64,000 nucleotides of DNA from Balanoglossus misakiensis (Eukaryota; Animalia; Hemichordata): positions 10,405,625 through 10,469,624 of the forward strand of contig CM082579.2 in NCBI GenBank assembly GCA_040954595.2, in the 5' to 3' direction. The position numbers and the translations under genes were made by a program. Each line of letters starts with the position of its first letter. The stretch's first letter is position 1. Below, piece after piece: positions 62,831 through 64,000 of this stretch. The notes under the pieces are model-generated. The model had not been told where the DNA came from. It saw nothing but the letters and a program-made list of their open reading frames with translations, and searched no databases.

Positions 62831-63832
62831 CAGCCTCGTTCGCGAACGTAGGCCTACAGCTCGCAAAGTCTGCGGGCACAAAGAGTGTGTGTCATTTTAT
62901 TAAGGAGTTAATTTGTTCAAAATGGTCACATGGTTTATTTGTGTACAGATTGCACTAGTACAACATTTTGTGAGAAAATAGCGAGACACGGACACTTTCT
63001 CACAATGTTCCTCGCAATACTAAGGGACCGTTCAGTTTTTACGGCTGGAGGGGGGGGGGGCGGCAAGTTTGTGTCATCGGTTGTCAAAATCAGGCCGACC
63101 CCCTTCACCCAGCACCAAAAAATGATGACCTCCCCCCCTTTGACAGACCCAAAAATATGATGACCCCCCCCCCACGCCGAAAACATTGGCCGTCCTGATC
63201 CTATGTACACTGTATCCAATAAAGGGAATGAGGCTCCTCACACCTCAATTATAAATTTCTTAAAAGTAATTGAAGTATATAATAGTATATCGTTGCAATA
63301 AAGAAATCTATGATTACCAATTCTAGCAACTATTGTATTGACAGGTCCTTTTCTACAGGTAAAACAAGAAAAGTGGCGGGGGTGGGCTTGGGAGGGGGTG
63401 TCCCCCTCCCACATGAGAAAATTCTGTAAAATAAAGGGCGCGAAACTGCAATTTTGTGGACTCAAAAGTAAAAGTTCGGTGGCAAAAGTATGTGACCCCC
63501 TCCCCTAAACGTTTAAAAAAAAACAGATGACCCCCCCCCCCCTTTGGACTTTGAAATTTAAGTGACCCCCCCCCCCCTGGATTTTGCCCCCCCCCCCGGC
63601 CGTAAAAACTGAACGGTCCCTAAGGTCAGCGAGAATTAAGTTTTCTCGGTCTGCCTATGCGAGAATTAACTTTTCTCGGTCTGCCTATGCGAGAAATAAC
63701 TTTTCTCGTTCTGCATATGCGAGAAATTTTATTCCCACAGTCAACACCAGAAAGAAATCTGCAAGATATCCACAGCTTGAAGATCCGCCGCTGGCTGCGC
63801 TGTGGTGAAGGAGTTGTTCGCGAACGAGGCTG
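62831..63832. mobile_element. Non-autonomous TIR element (YAG termini, Academ-like)
   Basis: 17-bp TIR CAGCCTCGTTCGCGAAC / GTTCGCGAACGAGGCTG; 30-bp tandem repeats at ~63629-63730; no TSD recognised. Confidence 0.55.
63024..63620. mobile_element. PIF/Harbinger-type MITE nested in the previous element
   Basis: TIR GGGACCGTTCAGTTTTTACGGC / GCCGTAAAAACTGAACGGTCCC with TAA TSD. Confidence 0.88.
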
Positions 63833-64000
63833 TTGGGCTGTGCATGCATTTATATGTTATAAATGGCCGTACTGAGTTGATCGAAGGGGGAACGCAGTTT
63901 CTGTACGAATTCGGGCGCTACTCTTGGGGTTTATTCCGCAGACAACCTGCTGTAAAAACCTCTCAGTCCGGAATATGACGAATGAGTAGGCAGTTTTAGT

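Overview
Eukaryotic (animal, probably marine invertebrate) genomic DNA; there are no prokaryotic genes. 0.4-4.8 kb holds the 3' exons of a type-I membrane immunoglobulin-superfamily gene with an L2/CR1 LINE remnant in an intron. 6.2-7.9 kb holds two nested hairpin-ended elements. 8.1-57.3 kb is a tandem array of 8 related units of 3.7-11 kb. Each unit has a shared frame around a variable middle. The frame is a promoter-like cassette plus module A on the left, and a Pro-rich ORF, an AT-rich tract and an antisense Tx1/L1 LINE piece on the right; unit 1 lacks the promoter-like cassette and unit 8 lacks the Tx1 piece. The middle is built from short abutting fragments of unrelated mobile elements: Polinton/Maverick DNA polymerase and Cys-motif ORFs, zinc-finger ORFs, an intron-bearing transposon piece and a minisatellite. 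These are shuffled differently in each unit. Younger MITEs and a Helentron-type element have inserted into single units. 57.3-62.1 kb is a single-copy mosaic of further plus-strand fragments (RecQ helicase, EXO1-like exons with a U12-type intron, GIN/Ginger-like integrase, Crypton recombinase), followed by nested MITEs. Family assignments come from recalled protein motifs, not database searches, and most coordinates are read by eye. The best candidate for an undescribed system is the constant-frame/variable-cassette array, which may be an amplified small-RNA source against mobile elements; that function is inference only.
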